In this document: positions 1 through 7,999 of the stretch, one piece after another
How positions within the stretch are numbered: position 1 is the stretch's first letter
How the letters are laid out: every line of letters begins with the position of its first letter
Source of the DNA: Candidatus Methylomirabilia bacterium
GTDB taxonomy: Bacteria; Methylomirabilota; Methylomirabilia; Rokubacteriales; CSP1-6
Direction of reading: 5' to 3'
Length of the DNA: 22,452 nucleotides
Assembly (NCBI GenBank): GCA_041497895.1
Contig: JBGQHJ010000081.1
Span: 1 to 22,452, forward strand
The notes under the pieces: generated by a model
Database searches by the model: none
What the model was told of the DNA's origin: nothing
The model's input: only the letters and a program-made list of their open reading frames with translations
Position numbers and translations under genes: made by a program

Positions 1-2
1 CG

Positions 3-683
3 GTGGAGGCGCTGCCCCGGATCCTCGCGCTGCTGCGGGCCAACGAGATCCGCGCGTCCTTCTTCATCCCCGCGTGGGTGGCCGAGCACCACTCGGACGC
101 GGTGCGCGCCATCGCGGACGGCGGCCACGAGATCGGCTGTCACGGCGACGAGCACGAGCGCGTCAGCGAATTGCCCGCCGAGCGCGAGGAGGCGATCCTG
201 GTCAAGAGCCTCGAGGTGCTGACGCGCATCGGCGGGAAGCGACCGCTCGGCTACCGGGCCCCCGCCTGGCAGCTCTCGGCCGAGACCCTCGCGCTGCTCG
301 GGCGCCACGGCTTCGACTACTCGTCGAACATGATGGACCGGCTGTCGCCCTACCTGCACGAGCCGGCGGGCGGGCGCGCGCTGGTGGAGCTTCCGGTCTC
401 GTGGGTCCTCGACGACGCACCCTACTTCATGTTCACCGGGCAGCGCTCGATGCAGCCGCCGGGCCCGGTGCTGCAGGGCTGGCTCACCGAGTTCGAGGGG
501 ATCACCGAGGCGCGCGGGATGACCAACTTCACCTTCCATCCCCAGATCATCGGACGGCCCTCGCGCCTGGCGTGCCTGCGCGAGCTGATCGACCACGTGC
601 GCCACACCCCGCGCATCTGGATCGCCTCGCTCGGCGAGATCAGCGCCCACTACCGCGCGACCGCGTCCGCCGCCGCGCGCTAG
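3..683 (+). CDS. Polysaccharide deacetylase (CE4, PuuE/PgdA-like), 5'-truncated by the window edge
   Basis: Motifs PRILALL, ASFFIP, GHEIGCHGDEH, GYRAP, FDYSS, LVELPVSWVLDD and FTFHPQIIGRPSR. The N-terminal TFDxD motif is missing, so the gene starts upstream of the window. Confidence 0.85.
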   Translation: MEALPRILALLRANEIRASFFIPAWVAEHHSDAVRAIADGGHEIGCHGDEHERVSELPAEREEAILVKSLEVLTRIGGKRPLGYRAPAWQLSAETLALLGRHGFDYSSNMMDRLSPYLHEPAGGRALVELPVSWVLDDAPYFMFTGQRSMQPPGPVLQGWLTEFEGITEARGMTNFTFHPQIIGRPSRLACLRELIDHVRHTPRIWIASLGEISAHYRATASAAAR

Positions 684-690
684 CGGCCGG

Positions 691-1626
691 CTAGGAGCGG
701 AACGAAGGAGCGATCTCGGCCATGAACCGATCGAGCGCGCCGAGCCGATCGGTGGGGAGCAGGAACGTGGGGATGAAGAGCATGCCCACCCCGGCGGCCT
801 GGAGCTTGGCGAGCTTGTCGCGGATCTCGCTCACGCTGCCCGCCAGCACCGTGTCGCGGGCCTTGGTCTCGTCGGCGCCCATGCGCTTCATGTAGGACTG
901 CTGGATGCGCTCCACTCCGGCCCGGTCGTCCGCGAAGCCCAGCACCATCACCGCCGAGCGCAGGATCTGCTTCGGATCGCGGCCGACCTTGGCGCAGTGC
1001 TCGTCGAGGATCCGTCCTTTGTGGGTGAGCGTGGCGGGCCCGCCCCACACGTTCCAGTGATCGGCGTGCTGGGCCGCGATGCGCAGCGTGACCTTCTCGC
1101 CGCCCCCGCCGATCATCAGCTCCGGATGCGGCCTCTGCAGCGGCTTGGGCATCAGCGGCGCGTCGTCGAGGCGATAGAAGCGGCCCTTGTAGCTCGCCCG
1201 CGCCTCGGTCCAGAGCGCCTTCAGCACCCGGCACGCCTCGTCCAGCCGCTCGAGCCGCTCGCGGGTGGTGTAGAAGTCCATCCCGTAGGCGCGATGCTCG
1301 TTCTCCTGCCAGCCCGCGCCCATGCCGCAGATGAGGCGGCCGCGCGAGATGATGTCGACGTTGGCCGCCATCTTGGCGAGGAGGGCGGGATGCCGGTACG
1401 TGTTGCCGCTCACGATCGTGCCGACGCGCATCCGCTCGGTCCGCGCGGCGAGGGCCGCGAGCGCGGTCCAGCACTCGAGCGTGTCGCCGACCCGGTCCGC
1501 GGTGTTCGGCATGAAGTGATCGGTGACGCAGGCCGCGTCCCAGCCGGTCCGGTCCCCGTGCTGCCAGAGGCCCAGCACCTCGTCCCACGTGGTTCCACTC
1601 ATGCCGGTGAAGAGGGCGAATTTCAT
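691..1626 (-). CDS. LLM-class (luciferase-like) flavin/F420-dependent oxidoreductase, Rv1855c-like
   Basis: Motifs VTDHFM, LECWTALAALAARTERMRVGTIV, YRHPALLAKMAANVDIISRGRL, GAGWQENEH, PKPLQRPHPELMIGGGGEKVTLRIAAQHADHWN. Confidence 0.9.
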   Translation of the reverse strand: MKFALFTGMSGTTWDEVLGLWQHGDRTGWDAACVTDHFMPNTADRVGDTLECWTALAALAARTERMRVGTIVSGNTYRHPALLAKMAANVDIISRGRLICGMGAGWQENEHRAYGMDFYTTRERLERLDEACRVLKALWTEARASYKGRFYRLDDAPLMPKPLQRPHPELMIGGGGEKVTLRIAAQHADHWNVWGGPATLTHKGRILDEHCAKVGRDPKQILRSAVMVLGFADDRAGVERIQQSYMKRMGADETKARDTVLAGSVSEIRDKLAKLQAAGVGMLFIPTFLLPTDRLGALDRFMAEIAPSFRS

Positions 1627-1635
1627 GGTGGCTGG

Positions 1636-1664
1636 ATGCTACGAGTGGCCGCGCGGGAGGTCAA
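1636..1664 (-). promoter_or_regulatory. Sigma70-type promoter for the LLM gene (TTGACC-17-TAGCAT), near-leaderless
   Basis: On the minus strand, -35 TTGACC at 1664-1659, a 17-bp spacer and -10 TAGCAT at 1641-1636. The ATG is 9 nt further on, with no SD. Confidence 0.65.
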
Positions 1665-2552
1665 GTGGAATCCCGGATCCTGATCATCCATCCGGGCGCG
1701 CTCGGCGACGTGCTCCAGGCGGTGCCCGCGCTGCGCGGCCTGCGCGCGCAGGGACGGCTCACCTTCGCGGGCCAGCCGCGACTCGGCCGCCTGCTGGTGG
1801 CCCTCGGGGTGGCCGACGAGGCGCGCGCCTTCGACGGGCTCGGGCTCGAGGCGCTCTTCACCGACGCGCCCGCCCCGCCCGCGCTGACCGCGTTCCTGGG
1901 CGGCTTCGCGCGCGTCGTCTCGTGGTTCGGCTCGCGCGACGCGACCTATCGCGCGCGCCTCGCCGCGCTCGTCGCCGACCCGGTGGTGGCCCCGCCGGTG
2001 CCCGACGACGACACGCCGGTGTGGCGGCATCTCCTCGCGACGCTCGGCGCCGACGCCCGACCGGAGGGTCCGGCCGTCGCGCCGATCCGGCTCGACGCGC
2101 CGGCGACCGGCGCCCCCGGGCTGCTGGTGCACCCGGGCAGCGGCGGAGCGTGGAAGCGGTGGCCCGCGGAGCGCTTCGCGGAGGTGATCGCGGCGCTCGC
2201 CGCGCGGCACACCCTGACCGTCACGGTCCATGAGGGGCCGGCCGATCGCGCGGCGGTCGAGGCGCTGCTCGCCCGGCTGGATCGGCCCGTCGAGCGGCTC
2301 GTGGAGCCCGAGCTGCCCGCGCTCGCCGTCGCGCTCGGCGGCTCGCGCGCCTACCTCGGCGGCGACTCCGGCATCAGCCACCTGGCCGCCGCGGTCGGCG
2401 CGCCGAGCGTCATCCTGTTCCCGCCCGCCCACCTGCCGCGCTGGACCCCGTGGAGCCCCGCGGCGCGGCCGGTCGCGATGACCGGCGGGGTGGACGAGGT
2501 CCAGCGGGTGGTGGCGGAGCTGGAGCGCGCGCTCAGTTCTGCTTGGCGATGA
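1665..2552 (+). CDS. Glycosyltransferase family 9 (ADP-heptose:LPS heptosyltransferase-like)
   Basis: Motifs ILIIHPGALGDVL, HPGSGGAWKRWPAERF and GGDSGISHLAAAVGAPSVILF. SD GGGAGG at 1655-1660 precedes the GTG. Confidence 0.85.
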   Translation: MESRILIIHPGALGDVLQAVPALRGLRAQGRLTFAGQPRLGRLLVALGVADEARAFDGLGLEALFTDAPAPPALTAFLGGFARVVSWFGSRDATYRARLAALVADPVVAPPVPDDDTPVWRHLLATLGADARPEGPAVAPIRLDAPATGAPGLLVHPGSGGAWKRWPAERFAEVIAALAARHTLTVTVHEGPADRAAVEALLARLDRPVERLVEPELPALAVALGGSRAYLGGDSGISHLAAAVGAPSVILFPPAHLPRWTPWSPAARPVAMTGGVDEVQRVVAELERALSSAWR

Positions 2553-2871
2553 CGTGGTCCTTGATCTTGTCGTAGGTCGCCTTCGGCAGCACCTTCTTCT
2601 GCACCAGCTCGTCCTTCCGCTTGTAGGGCCGGTTCTGGACGATCTTCTTGGCGTAGGCGTCGCCGATGCCCGGGATCGTCTTGAGGTCGGCTTCGCTGGC
2701 CGAGTTCAGGTCCAGCGGCTCGTGCGCCATCTTGTCGTCCTTGGCCGCGGGCTTGGTGTCGCTCTTGGCCGGGGCCGGCGCGGCCTTCGGCGCCTGAGCC
2801 CAGACGGTGGGAGCCGCCAGCATGCCGGCCGAGAACAGCACCCCGACGAGCAGAGCAATCAATCGCTTCAT
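2533..2871 (-). CDS. Secreted helix-hairpin-helix protein (ComEA-like HhH_3 domain)
   Basis: Signal peptide MKRLIALLVG...VWA, an Ala/Pro/Lys linker, then LDLNSASEADLKTIPGIGDAYAKKIVQNRPYKRKDEL. AGGAGG SD before the ATG at 2871. Confidence 0.85.
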   Translation of the reverse strand: MKRLIALLVGVLFSAGMLAAPTVWAQAPKAAPAPAKSDTKPAAKDDKMAHEPLDLNSASEADLKTIPGIGDAYAKKIVQNRPYKRKDELVQKKVLPKATYDKIKDHVIAKQN

Positions 2872-2954
2872 GACGGGCCTCCTGGATGACGTGGACTTGA
2901 CGCCACCGGGATTAGACCACGGTGACCCCGGGCGCGCCCAGGAAAGGTGCGGAC

Positions 2955-3317
2955 TCAGCGGATCCCCAGCAGCTCCACCTCGAAGATGAGCGTGGCGCCC
3001 GGCGGGATGACTCCGCCGGCTCCGCGGTCGCCGTAGCCCAGGTGCGCGGGGATGATCAGCTTCCGCTTGCCGCCCACCTTCATCGAGATGACGCCCTCGT
3101 CCCAGCCCTTGATGACGCGCCCCTTGCCGACCGGGAACTCGAACGGGCTGCCGCGGTCCAACGAGCTGTCGAACTTCGTCCCGCTCTTGAGCCAGCCGGT
3201 GTAGTGCACGCTCACGGTGTCGCCGGTCTTCGGGTGGGCTCCGGTGCCCTCGACCAGGTCCACGTAGCCGAGCCCGGTTGCCGTCTGCACGACCTGGTCT
3301 TCGGTGTGATCGCTCAT
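2955..3317 (-). CDS. FKBP-type peptidyl-prolyl cis-trans isomerase
   Basis: Motifs [73 protein letters not shown] overlap with the upstream glycosyltransferase. Confidence 0.95.
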   Translation of the reverse strand: MSDHTEDQVVQTATGLGYVDLVEGTGAHPKTGDTVSVHYTGWLKSGTKFDSSLDRGSPFEFPVGKGRVIKGWDEGVISMKVGGKRKLIIPAHLGYGDRGAGGVIPPGATLIFEVELLGIR

Positions 3318-4015
3318 GGGTGTTGACTCTCCTTTGGCGGTCCATAGTACCAGCGGTGCAGACGCGCGGGGGCCACCCCGCAGAAGTACAGCAGCCGGAG
3401 TGTCCACATGAGGCCGATGGTGCGGAGCGGGCCTTCCCGCTCCCACTTGCGGGCCGAGGTGGTCACGCGGGCGCGGAGGGCGGCCAGGCGGCCGCGCGCC
3501 TTGAGGCGTCGGCAGAGCTCGATGTCCTCCATCAGCGCGATGTCGGGATAGCCGCCGACCGCGTCGAAAGCGGCGCGCCGCACGAAGATGGCCTGGTCGC
3601 CGGTGCAGATGGAGGTCGCGCGCGAGCGCGCGTTCATGAGCCAGGCGACGATTCCGAGCACGCGGCGGCGGCTGTCGAAGCGCACGTCGAAGCGGCCGCC
3701 GACCACCGCCGGATCCGCCAGCGCCACCGCGATCGCGCCGGCGGCGCCGTCGGGCAGCCAGGTGTCGGCGTGCAGGAACAGCAGCACGTCGCCGCCCGCC
3801 TGTCGCGCTCCCGCGTTCATCTGGCGGGCGCGCCCGCGCGCGCCCTCGAGGAGCCGGACGCCGGCCTGGCCCCGCACGACGTCGGTGGTCCCGTCACGGC
3901 TGCCGCCGTCCGCCACGATGATCTCGGCGTCCGGGCACGCGCGCCGGAGATCGGGCAGGAGCCGCGCCAGGTTGGCGGCCTCGTCGAGCGCGGGGATCAC
4001 GATGCCGAGTCTCAT
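3314..4015 (-). CDS. GT2 glycosyltransferase, TIGR04283 family (arsenosugar-biosynthesis / rSAM-selenodomain-associated transferase 2)
   Basis: Motifs [50 protein letters not shown] and VTTSARKW are typical of this subfamily. Confidence 0.85.
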   Translation of the reverse strand: MRLGIVIPALDEAANLARLLPDLRRACPDAEIIVADGGSRDGTTDVVRGQAGVRLLEGARGRARQMNAGARQAGGDVLLFLHADTWLPDGAAGAIAVALADPAVVGGRFDVRFDSRRRVLGIVAWLMNARSRATSICTGDQAIFVRRAAFDAVGGYPDIALMEDIELCRRLKARGRLAALRARVTTSARKWEREGPLRTIGLMWTLRLLYFCGVAPARLHRWYYGPPKESQHP

Positions 4016-4767
4016 TCGCGGGGACCCGGCCCGAGCGTGATCGCGTCGTAGTAGGCCACCGCCCGCTCGCCGGTGTCGTCGGTGTCGGTCATGAGCGCGA
4101 TGCCCTCGATGCGGGGCGGCTCACCGCCGCCTCCGACGATCCGGCGGTAGTCCGCGTAGATATCGCGGGTCTCGCTGACCCACGTCCCGGCCAGGGCGGC
4201 GCCGCTCTGCACCACCACGATCTTGGCGCGCGCGGAGTAGGCGTTGTCGAGCACGGTGCCCACCGGCAACCGGCTCTCCCACACGTAGTTCAGCGCGAAC
4301 CCGGGCGGGTAGCGGCCGTAGAGGAGGCGGAAGGCGCGGTAGCGCGCGCGCTCCCACGCGCCGACGCCCGCGGGGTCGTAGCGGAAGGCCACGTACACGC
4401 GCGCCGCGTAGTCGTCGCCGGCCTTGCGGCGCGGATCGGAGCGGGCGAGCACGCCCTCCACCTTCCAGCGCCACGACAGCACGCGGTGGACGCGCGGATC
4501 CAGGTCGAGGGGCCGGTAGAGCCCGGAGGCGGACGCGTCGCTCTCCGCGCGAAGCACGAAGCCCGGCCCGTCGCGCACCACCGTGTACCGGGTGTGGCGC
4601 GGCACCCGCGGGAACGTGAGCGCCTCCCAGCCCGCCGGCGGCGCCGCCGGATCCGCGGGTGGGGTGAAGTCGCCCAGCCGGAGGGGCTCGGCCACGCGCG
4701 CGGCCGCCCCGATCGCGCCCAGCCCGAGCAGCACCACGGCCAGGCGCGCGAGCCCGGCGCCCCGCAT
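4012..4767 (-). CDS. DUF3047 domain exported protein
   Basis: N-terminal signal-like segment, then GWEALTF, SASGL, LSWRWKV, GDDYAARVYVAF, LNYVW, WVSETRDIYADY and IALMTDTDDTG. TGATG overlap upstream and ATGA overlap downstream. Confidence 0.85.
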   Translation of the reverse strand: MRGAGLARLAVVLLGLGAIGAAARVAEPLRLGDFTPPADPAAPPAGWEALTFPRVPRHTRYTVVRDGPGFVLRAESDASASGLYRPLDLDPRVHRVLSWRWKVEGVLARSDPRRKAGDDYAARVYVAFRYDPAGVGAWERARYRAFRLLYGRYPPGFALNYVWESRLPVGTVLDNAYSARAKIVVVQSGAALAGTWVSETRDIYADYRRIVGGGGEPPRIEGIALMTDTDDTGERAVAYYDAITLGPGPRE

Positions 4768-5453
4768 CAGCCCGTCCGCAGCAGGTCGTCGAGCGCGGCG
4801 CTGCGCCCGCGCAGCCAGCGCGGCAGCAACGACAGCACGACCAGGAGGACGCCGGCCGCGCCCAGCAGCAACACCATGCGCCGCACGTCCCAGGCGCCCG
4901 CCACCAGCGCGCCCGCCGCCACCGTGTAGGCCACCGTCGCGGGCAGCATGCAGACGAACGAGGTCGCCAGGTAGGCGCGGAACGTGATCGAGGTGAGCCC
5001 GTACGCGTAGTTCTGGAGGTTGAACGGGAAGATCGGGACCAGCCGCGTGATCATCACGATGCGCCAGCCGTGGCGGGCCACCGCGCGGTCCATCCGGGCG
5101 AGGGCCGGATACGGGGCCATCCAGCGCTCCACCGCGTCGCGCGCGGCGTAGCGCGCGATGAGAAACGCCAGCGTCGCCCCGGTGGTGGCCGCGATCGAGG
5201 CGTACACGGTGCCGCCGACCGGCCCGAACACGAGCCCGCCCAGGATGGTGAGCGGCAGGGCCGGGACGAACGCGACCACCGCGACCACGTAGCCGCCCAC
5301 GAAGACCGCGGGCGCCCAGGGGCCGAATCCGGCGATCCACTCGCGGAGGCGGGCCACGTTCTCGAGCCGGACCAGATCGGTGAGCCCGAGCGCGCGGACG
5401 ATCCCCACCAGGGCGACCGCGATCAGCCCGACCAGGAGCAGGCGCCGGCTCAG
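4767..5453 (-). CDS. TVP38/TMEM64 (DedA superfamily, SNARE-associated) membrane protein; start uncertain (CTG 5453 or GTG 5408)
   Basis: Several hydrophobic helices. Motifs LPLTILGGLVFG, GATLAFLIARY, RLVPIFPFNLQNYAYGLT and MLPATVAY. Confidence 0.85.
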   Translation of the reverse strand: MSRRLLLVGLIAVALVGIVRALGLTDLVRLENVARLREWIAGFGPWAPAVFVGGYVVAVVAFVPALPLTILGGLVFGPVGGTVYASIAATTGATLAFLIARYAARDAVERWMAPYPALARMDRAVARHGWRIVMITRLVPIFPFNLQNYAYGLTSITFRAYLATSFVCMLPATVAYTVAAGALVAGAWDVRRMVLLLGAAGVLLVVLSLLPRWLRGRSAALDDLLRTG

Positions 5454-6250
5454 TACTTGCCCCGGGCCCGCTCGCGGGCGGGCAGGTTCTCGAGGCAGGT
5501 GGTCCACCACCCGGTGCGGATGGTCTCCGCGAACCCGGCGGGCAGCCCCTCGCGCTCCATCTCGCGGGCGAGCGTCTCGTGATCGTAGGCGACGGGGACG
5601 AACTCGACGGTGAGATCGGGCCCCGCGGTGAGCACGGTGTACCAGACGTTGGGGCGGCCGTCGTTCTCGGGCCGGCCGATCACGCCGACGTTGACCGCGT
5701 GGCGGGCCTCCGGCAGCGCGCGGTGCCACTTGATCCCGGTGTGCGTGCACAGCATGACGTCGGCGTCGGCCCGCTCCATCAGGTGGCGCAGAAGCCCGTT
5801 CGGGGTGGCCGACTCCCACAGGAACTCGTTGATCACCCGCGGCGAGCCGTGGCACATCAGCACGCGGTGCGGACCCAGCTTGAGGCGGCGGTGCCGCGGC
5901 AGCGCGCCGAGCCAGGCTCGGTTCTCGGTCGACGTGCCCTCGAACGTGTACCGGTAGCTGATCGCCGCGTAGTGGTTGTCGCGCGGGTCGGTGTAGCCGC
6001 AGCCGCAGTCGGGGCGCCCGGAGGCGAGCGACTCGTCGTAGTTGCCCTGGATGGCCAGCACCCCGTGCTCGCGCAGCAGCGGGAACACCCGGTCCGGGTG
6101 CGGGCCGAACCCGCCCATGTCGCCCAGGCAGAACACCGCCTCCACCCCGCGCGCCCGCGCGTCGGCCAGGGTAGCCTCGAGCGCGAGCGCGTTGCTGTAC
6201 ACGCCCCCGAGGACCGCGATGCGCCGATACTCGCCTAGCTGTTCCGACAT
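5450..6250 (-). CDS. Calcineurin-like metallophosphoesterase family protein with degenerate motifs and a CGC motif
   Basis: RIAVLGGVYSN (in place of DxH), CLGDM, QGNYD, DCGCGY, CHGSP, CTHTG and VNVGVIGRP. The start overlaps the 3' end of the rSAM gene. Confidence 0.8.
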   Translation of the reverse strand: MSEQLGEYRRIAVLGGVYSNALALEATLADARARGVEAVFCLGDMGGFGPHPDRVFPLLREHGVLAIQGNYDESLASGRPDCGCGYTDPRDNHYAAISYRYTFEGTSTENRAWLGALPRHRRLKLGPHRVLMCHGSPRVINEFLWESATPNGLLRHLMERADADVMLCTHTGIKWHRALPEARHAVNVGVIGRPENDGRPNVWYTVLTAGPDLTVEFVPVAYDHETLAREMEREGLPAGFAETIRTGWWTTCLENLPARERARGKY

Positions 6251-7125
6251 GTCATCCCGGTTTGGTGGCAGGTCACGCACGCCGGGTGGTAGAGCGGCGC
6301 GGGCCGGAAGGACTCGGCGAGGCTCCCCGTCGAGAGGCGCGCCCCCGGCAGCCCGGCCAGGATCGGGCACGCGTAGACGCCGCCCGCGGCCACCACGCGC
6401 GCGTCCGCGCACTGGAACCGCGAGCGGTCGAATCCCTCGAGGTCCTCCTCGGTGAGCGGCGGCTCGCCGCTCGCGGGCTGCCGGCCCAGGGCGAAGACCG
6501 GCAGGATCTTGAGCCGCGGCCGGTCGACACCCTGCTCGCGCAGGAAGTCGCGGAACCGCGCGTGCAGGCCACCCGGTCCCCGATGCGCGTCGCGCGTGAT
6601 CTCGGTGGCGGTCACGATGGGCAAGAGCCCGCGCGTCTTCAGGAGGCGCACCGCCTCCACCGCCTTCTCCCACGCCCCCTCGCCGCGGACCGCGTCGTTG
6701 CGCGCCCGGTCGGGATCGTCGAGGCTCACCCGGATCTCGAGCGAGTACGGCGCGCGGGCGGCCAGCGCGGCGAGCGCGTCGGCCTGCCCGGGGCCGATGA
6801 GGGTGCCGTTGGTGAGCACGGTGGTGGGAGCGACCTCGAGCGCGCGCTCGAGCAGGGGCAGGATCTCGCGGTGCAGGAAGGGCTCGCCCCCCGTGAAGTA
6901 GATCTCCTTGACGCCCAGCTCCTCCGCCTCGCGGATGGCGCGCCGGATCGTCTCGCCGTCGAGCGGCCTGAGCCACGGCGCGCGCGGCCCGCTCGCGTTG
7001 ATGCAGTGGCGGCACTCGAGGTTGCACCAGGTTCCGGTGATCTGCACCCAGAGCGTGGAGAGCCCGAGGAACGGGGCGAGCGGGGCCGCGGCCACCGGCG
7101 CGTGCACGAGGACGGGCGTGCTCAT
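6235..7125 (-). CDS. Radical SAM protein, ArsS-like, with a C-terminal auxiliary Cys cluster
   Basis: LSTLWVQITGTWCNLECRHC (CX3CX2C), YFTGGEPFL, LTNGT and RVSLD. C-terminal C-x13-C and CxxC-x6-C. ATGA overlap with DUF547. Confidence 0.85.
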   Translation of the reverse strand: MSTPVLVHAPVAAAPLAPFLGLSTLWVQITGTWCNLECRHCINASGPRAPWLRPLDGETIRRAIREAEELGVKEIYFTGGEPFLHREILPLLERALEVAPTTVLTNGTLIGPGQADALAALAARAPYSLEIRVSLDDPDRARNDAVRGEGAWEKAVEAVRLLKTRGLLPIVTATEITRDAHRGPGGLHARFRDFLREQGVDRPRLKILPVFALGRQPASGEPPLTEEDLEGFDRSRFQCADARVVAAGGVYACPILAGLPGARLSTGSLAESFRPAPLYHPACVTCHQTGMTCRNS

Positions 7126-7949
7126 TCGGCCGGCCGGTGCTGCAGCGCCCAGTCGTACGCGCGATAGGCGTCGCAGGGCCGGGCGCGCCCGCCGATCGCG
7201 GCGCGCAGCGGGCCGTCGTCGAGGTGGCGGAGCAGGAGGGCGCCGATCCCGCCCGCGGCCGCGAAGTCCTCCGCGTACCACTGGAGGATGCGGGAGCAGG
7301 TCACGCACCCGCGCGCGTCGAGCGCGACCTCCTGGTTCAGGAAGTTCCTCGCGGCCAGATCGAGCTGCTGCTCCAGCGCGGCCGCCCGGTACACCCCGAT
7401 GGGCGGGCAGGACTGGGCCCCGCACGTGATCGCGAAGTGGATGCGCGGATCGACCGGCTCCACCGCCAGGGCCTGGCGCGGGTCGCCCGCCGCGAAGGGC
7501 CGGCGCCGCAGGAGGCCGTGGCGCGCGTTGCCGCGGAGGACGCCGTGCTCGACGTCGTCCGCGGTCAGCACGACGCCACCGACGCGATAGGCCACGCGGG
7601 CGAAGAAGCCGCGCACCTCGCGCACCGTGCGCCGGACGCCCAGGGCCACCACCCCGTGGAAGACCAGCGCGTTGTAGACATTGATCCAGAACGCGAGCCG
7701 GGCCGGGCGCCCGGCGAGGCCACCGAGGTCGACCGCGGGCAGCGCGGCCGCCGCGGCGGCCGCCGCGGCCCACTCCGGGGAGGCACGCAGCGCGCGGTAG
7801 TCGAGCCGCCCGTCCGCGCGGGTGAACGCCCCGATCGCGCCCAGCACCGCGCGCTGCAGGCGCTCGGCGACCTCGGCGGCGCCCGCGGCCGCGGCGCCGG
7901 CTTCGGGGGCGCCCGGGTTCAGCACGATCCGCCCGAACCGCGGTCTCAT
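7122..7949 (-). CDS. DUF547 domain protein (alternative start ATG 7961)
   Basis: Motifs LDYRAL, RLAFWINVYNAL, DDVEHGVLRGN, DPRIHFAITCGAQSCPP and SRILQWYAEDF. Confidence 0.85.
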   Translation of the reverse strand: MRPRFGRIVLNPGAPEAGAAAAGAAEVAERLQRAVLGAIGAFTRADGRLDYRALRASPEWAAAAAAAAALPAVDLGGLAGRPARLAFWINVYNALVFHGVVALGVRRTVREVRGFFARVAYRVGGVVLTADDVEHGVLRGNARHGLLRRRPFAAGDPRQALAVEPVDPRIHFAITCGAQSCPPIGVYRAAALEQQLDLAARNFLNQEVALDARGCVTCSRILQWYAEDFAAAGGIGALLLRHLDDGPLRAAIGGRARPCDAYRAYDWALQHRPAE

Positions 7950-7999
7950 CCGGCTCAGCATGCCCGCGTCACGACGGGGGATGTCACAGCGGCGTGAAA

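Noticed and set aside
6262..6282. CxxCH (CVTCH) as a heme c attachment site in the rSAM protein
   Set aside because: The protein has no export signal, and the motif fits the Cys-rich auxiliary tail of the family better.
3314..7949. Selenocysteine read-through in the rSAM/selenodomain-type operon
   Set aside because: The rSAM ends in TAG with Cys at the tail position. The TGA stops of the other genes fall at expected C-termini and overlap the next start.
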